Of a stretch of 64,000 bases of DNA, positions 38,791-52,800 are shown piece after piece (positions within the stretch are counted from its first letter, which is position 1; the number at the start of each line of letters is the position of its first letter). Location of the stretch: contig CP068257.2 in the NCBI GenBank assembly GCA_009914755.4, positions 8,896,001 through 8,960,000 on the forward strand. The letters are read 5' to 3'. The position numbers were made by a program, and so were the translations under genes. The notes beneath the pieces are model-generated. The model saw only the letters and a program-made list of their open reading frames with translations, had not been told where the DNA came from and made no database searches. The DNA is from the human T2T-CHM13v2.0 reference genome, Homo sapiens.

Positions 38791-41700
38791 CATTCCACTC
38801 GAGTGGTTTCCATTCCGTTTCACTCCATTTCAATCCATTCCATTCCATTTAAGTCCATTCCATTCCATTCCATTGCATTCCAATCCATTCTGTTACATTC
38901 CATTTCGTTCGAGTCCTTTCCTTACATTCCCTTCAATTCCATTCCACTCTTTCCATTCCATTCAAGTCCATTCCATCCCATTCAATTCCATTCAATTCTA
39001 TTCCATTCCATTCCATTCCATTTGGGTCCTTTCCAATCCATTCCATTCAAACCCATTCCATTACTATCCAGTCCTTTCTATTCCATTCCATTCGACTACA
39101 TTCCATTCTATTTGAATCCATTCCATTCCATTCCATTTGAGTCCATTCCATTCCATTCCATTCCATTCCATTCCACTCCACTCCATTCATATCCATTCTA
39201 GTCCATTCCATTCCATTTGGGTGCATTCTATTCCTTTCCATTCCATTCCACTCCAGTCCATTCATATCCATTCCAGTCCATTCCATTCCATTCGCGTCCA
39301 TTCCATTCCATTCCATTCCATTCAAGTCCATTGCATTCCATTCGTGTCCGTTCAATTCCATTCCATTCCGTTGGAGTCCTTTCCATTCCATTCCATTCCA
39401 TTCGAGTCCATTCCATTCCCTTACATTACATTACATTTGGGTTGATTCCATTCCATTCCATTCCATTCGAGTCTATTACATTCTATTCCATTAAAGTCCA
39501 TTCAATTCAATTCCATTCCATTCCATTCCACTCGAGTTGGTTCCATTCCATTATATTCCATTCGAGTCCTCTTCATTCCATTCCATTAGGGTCCATTCCA
39601 TTCGACTCCATTGCATTCAATACCATTCCTTTTGATTCCATTCCATTCGAGTCCATTCCCTTCCATTCTGTTCCATTCGAATCCATTCGATTCCATTCCA
39701 CTCAAGTCCATTCCATTACATTATATTCCATTCGAGTCAATTCCATTCCATTGCATTCCATTCGGGTCCACTCCATTCGATTCCATGCCATTCGATTCCA
39801 TTCCATTCAATTCCATTCCATTCGATTCCAGTGCATTTGAGTCCAATCCATTCCTTCTGAGTCCATTCCATTCCATTCCATTCGTGTCAATTCCATGCCG
39901 TTCCAATCGAGTCCATTCCATTCCATTCGTGTCAATTCCATGCCATGCCATTCGAGTCCATTCTATTCCATTCAACTCCACTCCTTTCCATTCCATTGCA
40001 TTGTATTCGAGTCCTTTCCATTCCATTCCACTCCATTTCAATCCATTCCATTCCATGTGTTTCCATTCCTTTCCATTCCACTCCATTCCATTCCATTCTA
40101 TTACATTCCATTCCATTCGAATCCATACCCTTCCATTCCATTCAATTCCATTCCACTCCATTCCATTCAATTCAAGTCCATTCAATCCCATTCGATTCCA
40201 TTGCATTCCATTCCATTCCATTCTATTCCATTCCATTTTTGTCCTTTCGAAACCATTCCATTCGAGTCCATTCCATTCCATTCGAGTCCATTCCATTCTT
40301 TGGAATCTATTCCATTCCATTCCATTTCATTCCTTTCGAGTCCATTCCATTCCATTATTTCGAGTCTATTCCATTCCATTCCATTCCATTCCATTCCTTT
40401 CCATTTCAATCCATTTGAGTCCATTCCATTCCATTCCTGTCCATTCCATTCCATTGCTTTCAACTCCATTCCATTCCATTCCATTCCATTCATTATGAGT
40501 ATATTCCATACCATTCCATTTCACTGCAGTCCATTCTATTCCATTCCATTCCATTCCATTCCATTACTTTTGAGTCCATTCCATTCCATTCCACTCCATT
40601 TGAGTAAATTTCATTCCATTAACTTCCATTCCTTTCATGTCCATTCCATTCCGTTACATTCAATTCCTTTCGAATTCATTCAATTCTATTCCATTCCATT
40701 TGATACCATTCCACTACATTCCTTTGGAGGCCACTCAATTCCTCTCCATTCCATTCGAGTACATTCCTTTCTATTCCATTTGAATCCATTGCATTCCATT
40801 ACGTTCATTTTGAGCCAATTCAATTCCATTCAATTCCATTTCATTCGAGTCCATTCCATGCCATTCGAGTCAATTCCTTTCCATTCCATTCGAGTCAAAT
40901 CCATTTCTTTCCATTCCATTCGAGTCCATCCTGTTCCAACCCTTTGCATTCGAGTTCATTCCGTTGCATTCCATACTATTCGAGAAAATTCCATTCTATT
41001 CCATTTGAGTCCATTCCATTCCATTTCATTGGATTCCATTCCATTAGAGTCCATTCCATTAAATTCCATTCGATTCCATCCGACTCCATTCCACTCCATT
41101 GGAGTCCATTCCGTTCCATTCCATTCGAGTTCATTCCATTCCTTTCCTTTCTATTCCATTCAAGTCCCTTCCAATTCTTTCCATTCCAGTAGATTCCATT
41201 CCATTCCTTTCCATTCCATTCCATTCCATTCCATTCTATTCCAGTCGGGTTCATTCCATTCCATTTGAGCCCATTCCATTCCATTCGAGTCCTTTCCATT
41301 CCATTCCTTTCGAGTCCATTGCATTCCATTCCATTCTATTGGAATCCATTCCTTTCCATTCCATATGAGTCCACTCCATTCCATTCTATTTCATTCCATT
41401 CCATTCCATTCTATTTGATTCCATTCCATTCCATTCGAGTCCATTCCTGTCCATTACATTCCATTCGGTTCCATTCCATTCCATTCCATTCGCCTCCATT
41501 CAATTCCATTCGATTAAATTCGAGTACATTCCATTCCATTCCATTCCACTCGAGTCGATTCCAATCCATACCATTCCATTCGCGTACATTCCATTCCATT
41601 CCATTCCATTCGCGTACATTCCATTCCATTCCTTTCCATTCGGGTTAATTCCATGCCATTACAATCGAGTCCATTCCATTCCATTCCATTCCATTTGCAT

Positions 41701-44700
41701 CCATTCCTTTCCATTCCATTCCATTCCATTACATTACATTACATTACATTTCTTTCCATTCCATTCCATTCCTTTCCATTCCATTCCATTCCAATATATC
41801 CCATTCTTTCGTGTCTATTCCATTCCATTCCTTTCTGTTCCATTCCATTCCATTCCATTATCGTCCATTCTATTCCATTGCTTTAAATTCGAGTACATTC
41901 CATTCCATTCCATTCCACTCGAGTCGATTCCATTCTATTCCATTCCATTCGAGTCCATTCCATTCCATTCGAGTTCCATCCATTACATTCCATTCGACTC
42001 CATTCCATTCCATTCTAATCCATTTCATTCCATTCAAATCCAACCCATTCTGGTCAATTCCATACCATTCCATTTGAGTCCATTCCATTCCATTCCATTC
42101 AATTCCATTCCATTCCTTTCCATTCCATTCGAGTCCAATCCATTCCATCCAATTCCATTGCACTCGAGTTTTTTCCATTCCATTGCAATGCATTTCAATC
42201 CATTCCATTGCTTTCGTGTCCATTCCCTTCCATTCCATTCCATTCCTTTCCATTCCATTCCATTCTATTACCTTCCATTCCATTCGAGTCCTTGCCCTTC
42301 CATTCCTTTGAATTCCTTTCCACTCTATTCCATTCCATTCAAGTGCTTTCCATCTCATTCAATTCCACTCAATTCCATTCAATTCCATTCCTTTCGTTTT
42401 GGATCCTTTCCAATCCATTCCCTTTGAGTTCATTCCATTCCATTCGAGTCCATTCCATTCCATTCCATTCGAGTCCATTCCATTCCTTTCGTGTCCATTT
42501 CATTCCAATCCATTCCATTCCATTCCGTTTGAGTCCATTCCATTCCACACAAGTCCATTCCGTTCCATTCTATCTCATTCCATTCCATTCCTCTCCATTC
42601 TATTCCATTCCATTCCATTCGAGTCCATTCCATTACATTATGTTCGAGTCCCTTCCATTCAATTCCATTCCATTCGATTCCATTCCAGTCCTTTCGGTTC
42701 CATTCCATTCCATTCCATTCCATTCCATTCGAGTCCATTCCTTTCAACACCGTTAGAGTCCATTCCATTCCGTTTTATTAGATTCGAGTCCATTCCATTG
42801 TATACCATTCGAGTCCATTCAATTCCATTACATTAGAGTCCATTCCACTCTGTTCCACTCCATTCCATTGCATTCCATTTTATACAATTCGCGTACATTC
42901 CATTCCGTTAGAGTCCTTTGCATTTCACTCCATTCGTGTGCATTCCATTCCATTCCATTCCATTCGAGTCCATTACAGTCCAATCAATTCTTGTTCATTC
43001 CATTCCATTCCGTTTGAGTCCATTCCATTCCAATCCATTCCATTACATTTATGTCCATTCCATTCATTTCCATTCCATTCGAGTCCATTCCTTTCCATTC
43101 CATTCCATTCGACTCGATTTCATTCCTTCACATTGCATTCCATTCTAGTCCTTTCAATTCCATTACTTACCACTCGAGTTAATTCCACTCCACTGCATTT
43201 GAGTCCATTCCATTCTGCTCCTTTCCATTCGAGTCCTTTCCATTCTCTTCGATTCGAGTAAATTACAATTCATTCGTTTTGAGTCCGTTCCATTTCATTC
43301 CATTGCATTCCAGTCTAATCCAATACATTCCATTCTATTCCATTCAAGTCCACTCCATTCCATTCCATTCCATTCCGTTCCATTCCATTCTCATCCACTC
43401 AATTCCATTCATTTCAATTCCATTCAATTCCATTCCATTCTATCTCGTTCAAGTCCATTCCATTCGATACCATTCCATTCTGTTTCTGTCCATTCCATTG
43501 TATTCCATTAAACTCGATTTCACTCTTTCACATTCCATTCCATTCCATTCGAGTACATTCCATTCTGTTCCATTCCATTCCGTTTGATTCCATTGCACTC
43601 CTTTCCTCTCTATTCCATTCGAGTACATTCCATTCTATTCCATTCGAATCCATTGCATTCCATTTCATTCCATTTGAGCCAATTCAATTCCATTTCATTC
43701 CATTCCTTTGGAGTCCATTCCATTCCATTGGTGTGCATTCCTTTCCAACCATTCGAGTCCATTCCATTTCACCCCATTCCATTCGTGTCCTGTCTGTCCC
43801 AACCCTTTCCATTTGCGTCCATTTAATTGTATTCAATTCCATTTGGGTACATTCCATTCTATTACATGCAAGTCCATTCCATTCCGTTTCATTGGATTCC
43901 ATTCCATTAGAATCCATTCCATTAAATTTCGTTCCATTCCATTCGAGTCCATTCCATTCCATTCCATTCGAATCCATTCCATTCCTTTCTATTCCATTGA
44001 AGTCCATTCCAATTCATTCCATACTGTTAGATTCCATTCCATTTCATTCCATTCCATTATGGTTCTTTCCATTCCATTCCATTCAAGCCCATTCCATTCC
44101 ATTCGAGTCCTTTCCATTCCATTCCATTCAAGTCCATTCCATTCCATTCCATTCTGTTCAAATCCATTCCATTCCATTCCATTCGCTTCCATTCCATTCC
44201 ATTCCATTCACATCCATTCAATTCCATTACATGAAATTCGAGTACATTCCGTTCCATTCCATTCCACTTGAGTCGTTTCCTTTCCATTCCATTCCATTTG
44301 AGTCCTTTCCATTTCATTCAAGTTCTTTCCATTCCATTCCATTCGAGTCCATTCCATTCAATTCCAATCCATTCTATTCCATTACTTTGCAATCGATTCT
44401 ATTCCATTCCTTTCTAGTCTGTTCAATTCCATTCCATTCTATTTGAGTCCATACCATTCCATTCGAGTCCAATTCATTGCATACCATTCCATTCCATCCG
44501 AGTCCATTCCATTCCATTCAACTCCATTCCGTTCTGTTCCATCTCATTCCATTCCATTCCATTCCATTCGAGTCCAATCATTTCCATTACGTTCGAGTCA
44601 ATTCCATTCTATTCGATTGCATTCCATTACATTCTTTTTGAGTCCATTCCATACAATTGCATTCTATTTGACTGCTTTCCATTCCATTCGCTTCCATTAC

Positions 44701-46728
44701 TTTTCATTCCATTCGCGTCCATTCCATTCCACTCCATTCCATTCGGGTCCATTCCATTCAACTTCATTGGAGTCCATTCCATTCCGTTGCATTAGATTCG
44801 AGTCCATTCCATTTTATAACATTCTTGTCCATTCCATTCCATTATATTCGAGTCCATTCCAATCCCTTCCACTCCATATACAATTCGACTACATTCCATT
44901 CCAATCAAATCCATTTTTTCACATCCATTCGTGTGCATTCCGTTCCACTCCATTCCATTCTATTCGAATCCATTCCATTCCAATACATTCCATTACATTT
45001 GTGTCCATTCCATTCAATTCCATTCCATTCTTGTCCATTCCATTCCATTCCATTCCAAATCATTCCATTACATTAAATTACAATACTTTCTTGTCCATTC
45101 CATTCAATTCCATTCCAATCGCGACCTTTCAATTACATTCCTTTCAAGTCCATTCCATTCCATACCTTTCCATTCTGTTCCATTCCATTCCATTCTACTC
45201 CATTGCATTCCATTCCATTCCATCACATTCCATACCTTTTCATTCTGTTCCACTCCATTCCATTCGACTCCATTCCATTCCATTCCATTCCATACCATTC
45301 CATTCCATTACTTTCCATTGAATTCCATTCTGGTAAATTCAATTCCATTCCTTTCAAGTCCATTCCATTCTATTCCATTAAAGTCCATTCCATTCCATAC
45401 CATTCCGTTCTTTTCTATTTCATCCCATTCCATTCCATTCCATTCCAGTCCATTCCATTCCACTCCATTCGTGTCCCTTCTATTCCATTCCCCTCGAGTC
45501 CATTCCATTCTATTCCATTCTATTCCATTCAGGTCCATTCAATTCCATACCATTCCGTTCTGTTCCATTCCATCCCATTCCATTCCTTTCTATTCTGTTC
45601 CGTTCCATTCCATTTGTGTCCATTCCATTGCATTTGAGTCCATGCCATTCCATTCCATTGCATTCCATTCCATTGCATTCCATTCCATTCCATTGCATTG
45701 CATTCCATTCCCTTCCATTCCATTCCATTCCATTCCATTCCATTCCATTCCATTCCATTCCATTCTATTCGAGTCCATTCCATTCCGTTCTATTCGAGTC
45801 CATTCCATTCCATTCCAATCCATTCCATTCTGGTCCATTGCATTCCATTCCATTCGAGTCCATTCCATTCCATTCCATTCCATTCCATTCCATTCCATCC
45901 CATTCCATTCCATTCCATCCCATTCCATCCCATTCCTTTCCAGTCCATTCAATTTCATTCCATTCCATTAGAGTCCATGCCATTCCATTCGAGTCCATTC
46001 CATTCCATTCTTTTCCATTCCATTCGAGTCCATCCATTCCATTCGAGTCTGTTCCATTACACTCCGCTCGAGTCTAAATGTCTTTCAATTCTATTCCATT
46101 CATTCCAATTTCATTCCATTCCCGTCCATTCCATTCCATTTGAATCGACTTCATTCCTTTCCTTTCCATTCTTTTCTAGTCCATTCCATTCCGTTGCAGT
46201 CCATTTGACTAAACTTCATTCCATTAACTTCCATTCCTTTTGATTCCATTCCATTCCATTCCAGTCCATTTGACTAAATTTCATTCCATTAACTTTCATT
46301 TCATTTGAGTCCATTCCATTCCGTTACATTCAATTCCATTCGAGTCCATTCCATTCCATTCCATTCCATTTGATTCCATTCCACTTCGTTCCATTCGGGT
46401 AAACACCATTCGTCTCCATTCCATTGAATTACATTCCAATCTATTCCATTCGAATCCATTGCATTCCATTCAGTACCATTCGAGCCAATTCCATTCCATT
46501 CCATTCCATTCTGTTCAAGTCCGTTCCATTCCATTCAATTCGAGTCAATTCCATTTCATTCCATTCCATTGCAGTCCATTCCGTTTCAACCCATTCCATT
46601 CGAGACAATTCCATTGCATTCCACTCTATTCGAAATCATTCCATTCTATTCCATTCATGTATATTCCATTCCATTTCATTGGATTCCACTCTGTTAGAGT
46701 CCATTCCATTAAATTCCGTTCCTTTCCA

Positions 46729-46862
46729 TTTGAGACATTTCCATTCCATTGGAGTCCATTCCATTCCACTGCATTCGAGTCCATTCCATTCCATTCAATT
46801 CTTTTCCATTCGAGACATTTCCATTCCATTGGAGTCCATTCCATTCCACTGCATTCGAGTCC
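46729..46862 (+). repeat. Tandem duplication of about 70 bp.
   Basis: The sequence gagacatttccattccattggagtccattccattccactgcattcgagtccattccattcc occurs twice back-to-back. Confidence 0.7.
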
Positions 46863-49800
46863 ATTCCATTCCATTCCATTCTTTTCCATTCAAGTCCATT
46901 CCAGTTTTTCCATTCCATTAGAATCCATTCCATTCCATTGCATTGCATTCCATTCCATTCCATTCCTTTCCATTCCATTCGGGTTCATTCTATTCCATTC
47001 ATTCGAGCCCATTGCATTCCACTCAAGTCCTTTCCATTCCATTCCATTCGCGTCCATTACATTTCATTCCATTCTATTCGAACCCATTCCATTCCATTCT
47101 ATTTGAGACCATCCATTCCATTCCATTGCATTCAATTTGTGTCCATTCCATTTGTGTCCATTCCATTGCATTCCATTCCATTCGTTTCCATTCCATTCTA
47201 TTCCGTTCGCATCCATTCAATTCCATTCCATTAAATTCGAGTACATTCCATTCCATTCCATTCCACCCGAGTTGATTCCATTCCATTCCATTCCATTTGC
47301 GTCCTTTCCATTCCATTCGACTTCATTCCATTCCATTCCATTCGAGTCCATTCCATTCCTTTGCACTCCATTCCATTCCATTCCATTCTACTCCATTCCA
47401 TTCCATTCTATTCCATTCCTTTCAATTCCATTCCATTCCATTCCATTCGTTTCTAGTCCGTTCAACTCCATTCCATTCCATTTGAGTCCATTCCATTCGA
47501 GTCCATTTCAATTGCATTCCAATCCATCTGTGTGTAATAAATTCCATTCCATTCGAGTCCGTTTCAATTGCGTTCCAGTCCATTTATGTGCAATCCATTC
47601 CATTCCATTCCATTCCTTTAGAGTACATTCCATTCAAATCAATTCCATTCCATTTGAGTGCATTCCATTCAATTCCATTCCATTCGAGTCCATTCCATTT
47701 TATTCCATTATATTCCATTCCATTCCATTCCTTTACATTCTTGTCCATTCCATTCCATGCCATTCTACTCCCCTTCATTCTATTACATTACATTCCTTTG
47801 GAGTCTATTCAATTCCATTCCATTCCACTCCAGTCCATTCCTCTCCACTCCTTTCGTGTCTATTCCATTCCTTTCCATTCCATTCGAGTCCATTCCATTC
47901 TCTTCCATTCGAGTCCATTCCATTCCATTCTATTCACGTCCTTTCCATTCCATTCCAATCCATTCCATTCGGGTCTATTTGATTCCATTCCAATCCAATC
48001 CATTCTGGTCCATTCAATTATATTCCATTCGAGTCCACTCCATTCCATTCCATTCCATTACATTATTTTCCAATCAATTTGATGCAATTAATTCCCATTT
48101 GAGCCCATTCCGTTACATTGGAGTCCATTTCATTACATTCCATTACATTCCTTTTGAGTCCATTCCGTTCCATTCAAGTCCATTCCATTTCGTTCCATCT
48201 CATTCCAATTCATTCCATTCCATTCCATTTCATTCCATTCCACTCCATTTGGTTCCATTCCTTTCCATTCCATTCGAGTCCATTCCATTCCATTCGAGTC
48301 CATTCCAATACATTACGTTCGAGTCCATTCCATTCAATTCCATTCCTTTCTATTCCATTCCATTCCTTTCGAGACCATTCCATTCCATTCTATTGCATTC
48401 GCGTCCAACCAATTCTATTCCATTCCATTGCAGTCCAATCGGGTCCATTCCATTCCGTTCCATACTAATACGCTCCACTGCATTCAACTTCATTCCAGTC
48501 CCTTCCATTCCATTCCATTTCACTCGAGTCTGTTTGATTCCATTCCATTCCATTCGAGTCCATTCCATTCAACTCCTTTACATTCAATTCTTTTCCATTC
48601 CCTTCTATTCCATTTGATTCCATTCCATTTCATTCCATTCGTGTGTATACCATTCCATTCCATTCCATTTGGGTCCGTTCCATTCTATTTCATTTGGGTC
48701 CATTCCACTACATTGCATTTCTTTCCATTCCACTCCATTCCATTGCATCCACTCAAGTCGATTCCATTCCATTCAATTCCATTCCAGTCCATTCCATTAC
48801 ATTTGAGTACATTCCATTCCATTCCATTCGAGTCCATTCTATTTCACTAAATTTCTTTCAAGTGCATTCAAGTGCATTCCATTCGAGTCCATTCCATTCC
48901 ATACCATTCTTTTCCATTCCTTTCCATTGTATTCCATTCCATTCCATTCCATTCGGGTCAATTCAATTCCATTCATTTCGAGTCCATTCCATTCAATTCC
49001 ATTACATTCAAGTCCCTTTCATTCCATTCCCTTCAGTTCCATTCCATTCCATTAAATTCCTCTCCATTCCATTCCATTGCATTCCTTTCGTGTCCATTCC
49101 ATTCCATTCCATTCTTTTCCATTCACGTGCATTCCATTCCATACCAATCCTTTCCATTCCATTGCATTCTATTCCATTCCATTCCATTCGTGTCCATTCC
49201 ATTCCATTCCTTTCTAGTCCATTCTATTCCATTCCTTTCTAGAACATTCAATTCAATTCCATTCCATTCAAGTTTATTCCATTCGATTCGTTTCCATTTA
49301 ATTCCATTCCATTCCATACGTTTTGAGTCCATTCCATTCCATTCAAGTCCATTCCATTCCCTTACATCTCATTCCATTCCATTCCATTCCGTTCCATTCC
49401 ATTCCATTCCATTCCAATCAATTCGGGTCCATTCCTTTCTATTCCATTCGAGTCCATTCCATTGAATTCCAGTCCATTCCATTCCAATCCATTCCATTCC
49501 ATTTCATTCGAGTCCCTTCCATTCCATTCCATTCTATTGCATTCGAGTCCATTCCATTCCTTTCCATTCTATTCGAGTCCATTCCATTCCTTTCCATTCC
49601 ATTCGAGTCCATTCGATTCAATTCCATTCCATTCCATTCAAATAAGGTCCATTCCATTCCATTCAATTCCATTCTAGTATACTCCACTGCATTCAATTTC
49701 ATTCCAGTCCATTCCAATCCTTTGCATTCGACTCTAATCAGTTCGATTCCATTCCATTCAATTCGAGTCAATTCCATTCAATTCCATTCCATTTGATTCC

Positions 49801-52800
49801 TTTCTATTCCTTTCTATTCCATTCGAGTCCATTCCATTACATTCAATTCATGCCCATTCCATTCCTTTCCATTCCATTCGTGTGTTTTCCTTTCCACACC
49901 ATTCTATTGAAGTCCATTACATTCCATTGTATTACATTCTAATCCATTCCCTTCCATTCCATTCCATTCGGGTCCATTGATTTCAACTCCATTCAGGTCA
50001 ATTCCATTCCATTCCATTCGAATCCATTCCATTCCACACCATTCCAATACATTCCATTCACTTGCATTCGAGTCCACTCCATTCCATTCCACTCCATTCC
50101 ATTCCACTCCATTCCATTCCATTCCGTTACATTGCAGTACATTCAATTCCATTCGAATCCATTGCATTCCAATCTATTCGTGGCATTCCATTCCAATGCA
50201 TTCCATTCCTTTTGAGTCCATTCCATTCAAATCCATTCCATTCCATTTGAGTCCATTCCATTCGATTCCACACCATGCGAGTCCATTCCATTCCATTCCA
50301 TTCCATTCCATTCCATTCCATTCCATTCCATTCCTTTCCGTTCCATTATATTCCATTCCATTCCTTTACATTACATTCTTCTCCATTCCATTCCATTCCA
50401 TTGCATTCGACTCCACTGCATTTCATTTCATTCCATTCCACTGGAGTCCATTCAATTCCATTCCATTCCACTCCAGTCCATTCCAGTCCCCTCCATTCAG
50501 GTCCATTCCATTCCTCTCCATTCCCTTCGAGTCCATTCAATTCTCTTCCTTTCGAGTCCATTACATTCCACTCCATTCGAGTCCATTCCATTACAATACA
50601 TTCCATTCGAGTCCATTCAGTTCCATTCATTTCGAGTCCATTCCATTCCATTACATTCTATTCCATTCAAGTCCATTCCATTCCATTCCATAATATTCCT
50701 TTCCATTCCATTCCATTCCATTCAGGTCCATTCAATTCCATTCCTTTCCGGTCCACTCCGTTTCATTCCATTCCATTCCATTCCATTCCATTCCATTCCA
50801 TTCCATTCCATTCCATTCCATTCCATTCAATTGCTTTCCTTTCGAGTCCATTCCTTTCCATTCCATTCTGTTCCATTCAAGTCCTTTTGATTCCATACGT
50901 TTCCGTTCCATTCCATTCCATTCCATTCGTGTCCATTCCATTCGAGTCCTTTAAATTCCATTACATTCAATTCCAATGAATTCCAGTTCATTCTATTCAA
51001 GTCCATTACCTTCCATTCTATTCGATTCCATTCCATTCCAATCCAATCCATTCCATTCGGGTCTATTCCATTCCATTCCAATCCATTCCTTTCAGGTCCA
51101 TTCAATTCCATTCCATTCGAGTCCATTCGATTCCATTCCATTCCATTTAATTACATTCCTTTCTCGTCCATTCCATTCAATTAAATTCAATTCAAGCCCA
51201 TTCCATTACATTCGAGTTCCATTTTATTACATTCCATTCCATTCCTTTTGAGACCATTCCGTTCCATTCAAGTCCATTCCATTCCGTTTCATCTCATTCC
51301 ATTCCATTCCATTCCATTCCATTCCATTCCATTCGGTTCCATTCCTTTCCATTCCATTAGAGTCCATTCCATTCCATTCGAGTGCATTCCAATACATTCC
51401 GTTCGAGCCAATTCCATTCAATTCCATTCGATTCGATTCCATTCCATTCCTTTCGAGTCCATTCCATTTCATTCCCTTCCATTCCATTCCATTCCACTCT
51501 AGTCTGTTCGATGCCATTCCATTCCATTCAACTCCATTCCATTCAATTCCTGTCCATTCGATTCTTTTGCCTTCCCTTCTATTCCATTCGATTCCATTCC
51601 ATTCCATTACATTCCAGTCCATTCCATTACATTCGAGTACATTCCATTCCATTCCATTCCATTCTATTCCAATAAATTCCTTTCGAGAGCATTCAATTTA
51701 GATGCATTCCATTCGAGTCCATTCCATTCTATTCCATTCGACTCCATTCTATTCCATACCATTCCGCTTCGTTCCTTTCCATTCCATTCCATTCCATTCC
51801 TTTCTATTCCATTCCATTGTATTCGGGTCCATTCAATTAAATTCCTTTCGAGTCCATTTCATTCAATGCCATTCCATTCAAGTCCTTTATATTCCACACC
51901 TGTCTGTTCCGTTCCATTCTATTACGTTCCATTCCGTTCCATTCCATTCCATTCTATTGATTTCGAGTTCAATCCATTCCATTCCTTTCTGTTCCATTCA
52001 TGTCCATTCCATTCCATTCAATTCCGTTCCTTTCCATTCCATTCCATGCTTTTCCATTCCTTTTGTGTTCATTCCATTCCATTCCATTCGAGCCCATTAC
52101 ATTCCTTTCCTAACCATTTGATTCCAGTCCATTCAATTCCATTTGATTCGAGTCCATTTCTTTCAATTTTATTAGATTCCTTTCCATTCCAATCCAATCC
52201 ATTCCATTCGGGTCCATTCCATTCCATGCTAATCCTTTAGGTTCCAGTTCTTTCCATTCCATTTTATTCAGTTCCATTCCATTCCATTCCATTCTATTTG
52301 AGTCCATTCCATTCCATTCCAATAAATTCCATTCAGGTCAATTCCATACCATTCCAGTCTACTCCATTCGGGTCTTTTCAATTTCATTCCTTTCTAGTCC
52401 AATCCATTCCATTCCATTCCATTCCATTCCATTCAATTCCATTCCATTCCATTCTGTTCCGTTCCGTTCCATTCCATTCCATTCCATTCCATTTAATTCA
52501 TATCTAGTCCATTCGATTCTATTCCATTCCATTTGAGTCCATTCCATTCCATTCGAGTCCACTTAATGCCATTCCATTCCATTCCATTCCATTCCTTTTG
52601 AGTCCATTCCATTCCCTTCCTTTAAATTCCATTCCATTCCATTCCATTCCATTCCATTCCATTCCATTCGGGTCCATTCCTTTCCATCCTATTCGATCCA
52701 TTCCATTCCATTCGAGTCCATTCTATTATATTCTGTTCCAGTCAGGTTCATTAAATTCCATTCCATTCGATGCCAATCCATTCCATTGCAGTCCATTCTA

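Noticed and set aside
39895-41268. A 457 aa ORF and many other long + strand ORFs (for example 28975..30078 at 367 aa, 57019..58092 at 357 aa, 44931..45971 at 346 aa).
   Set aside because: Their translations are low-complexity HSIPF/FHSIP pentapeptide repeats produced by reading (CATTC)n. The C/T-rich strand almost never forms TAA, TAG or TGA, so stop-free frames are a compositional artefact and not genes.
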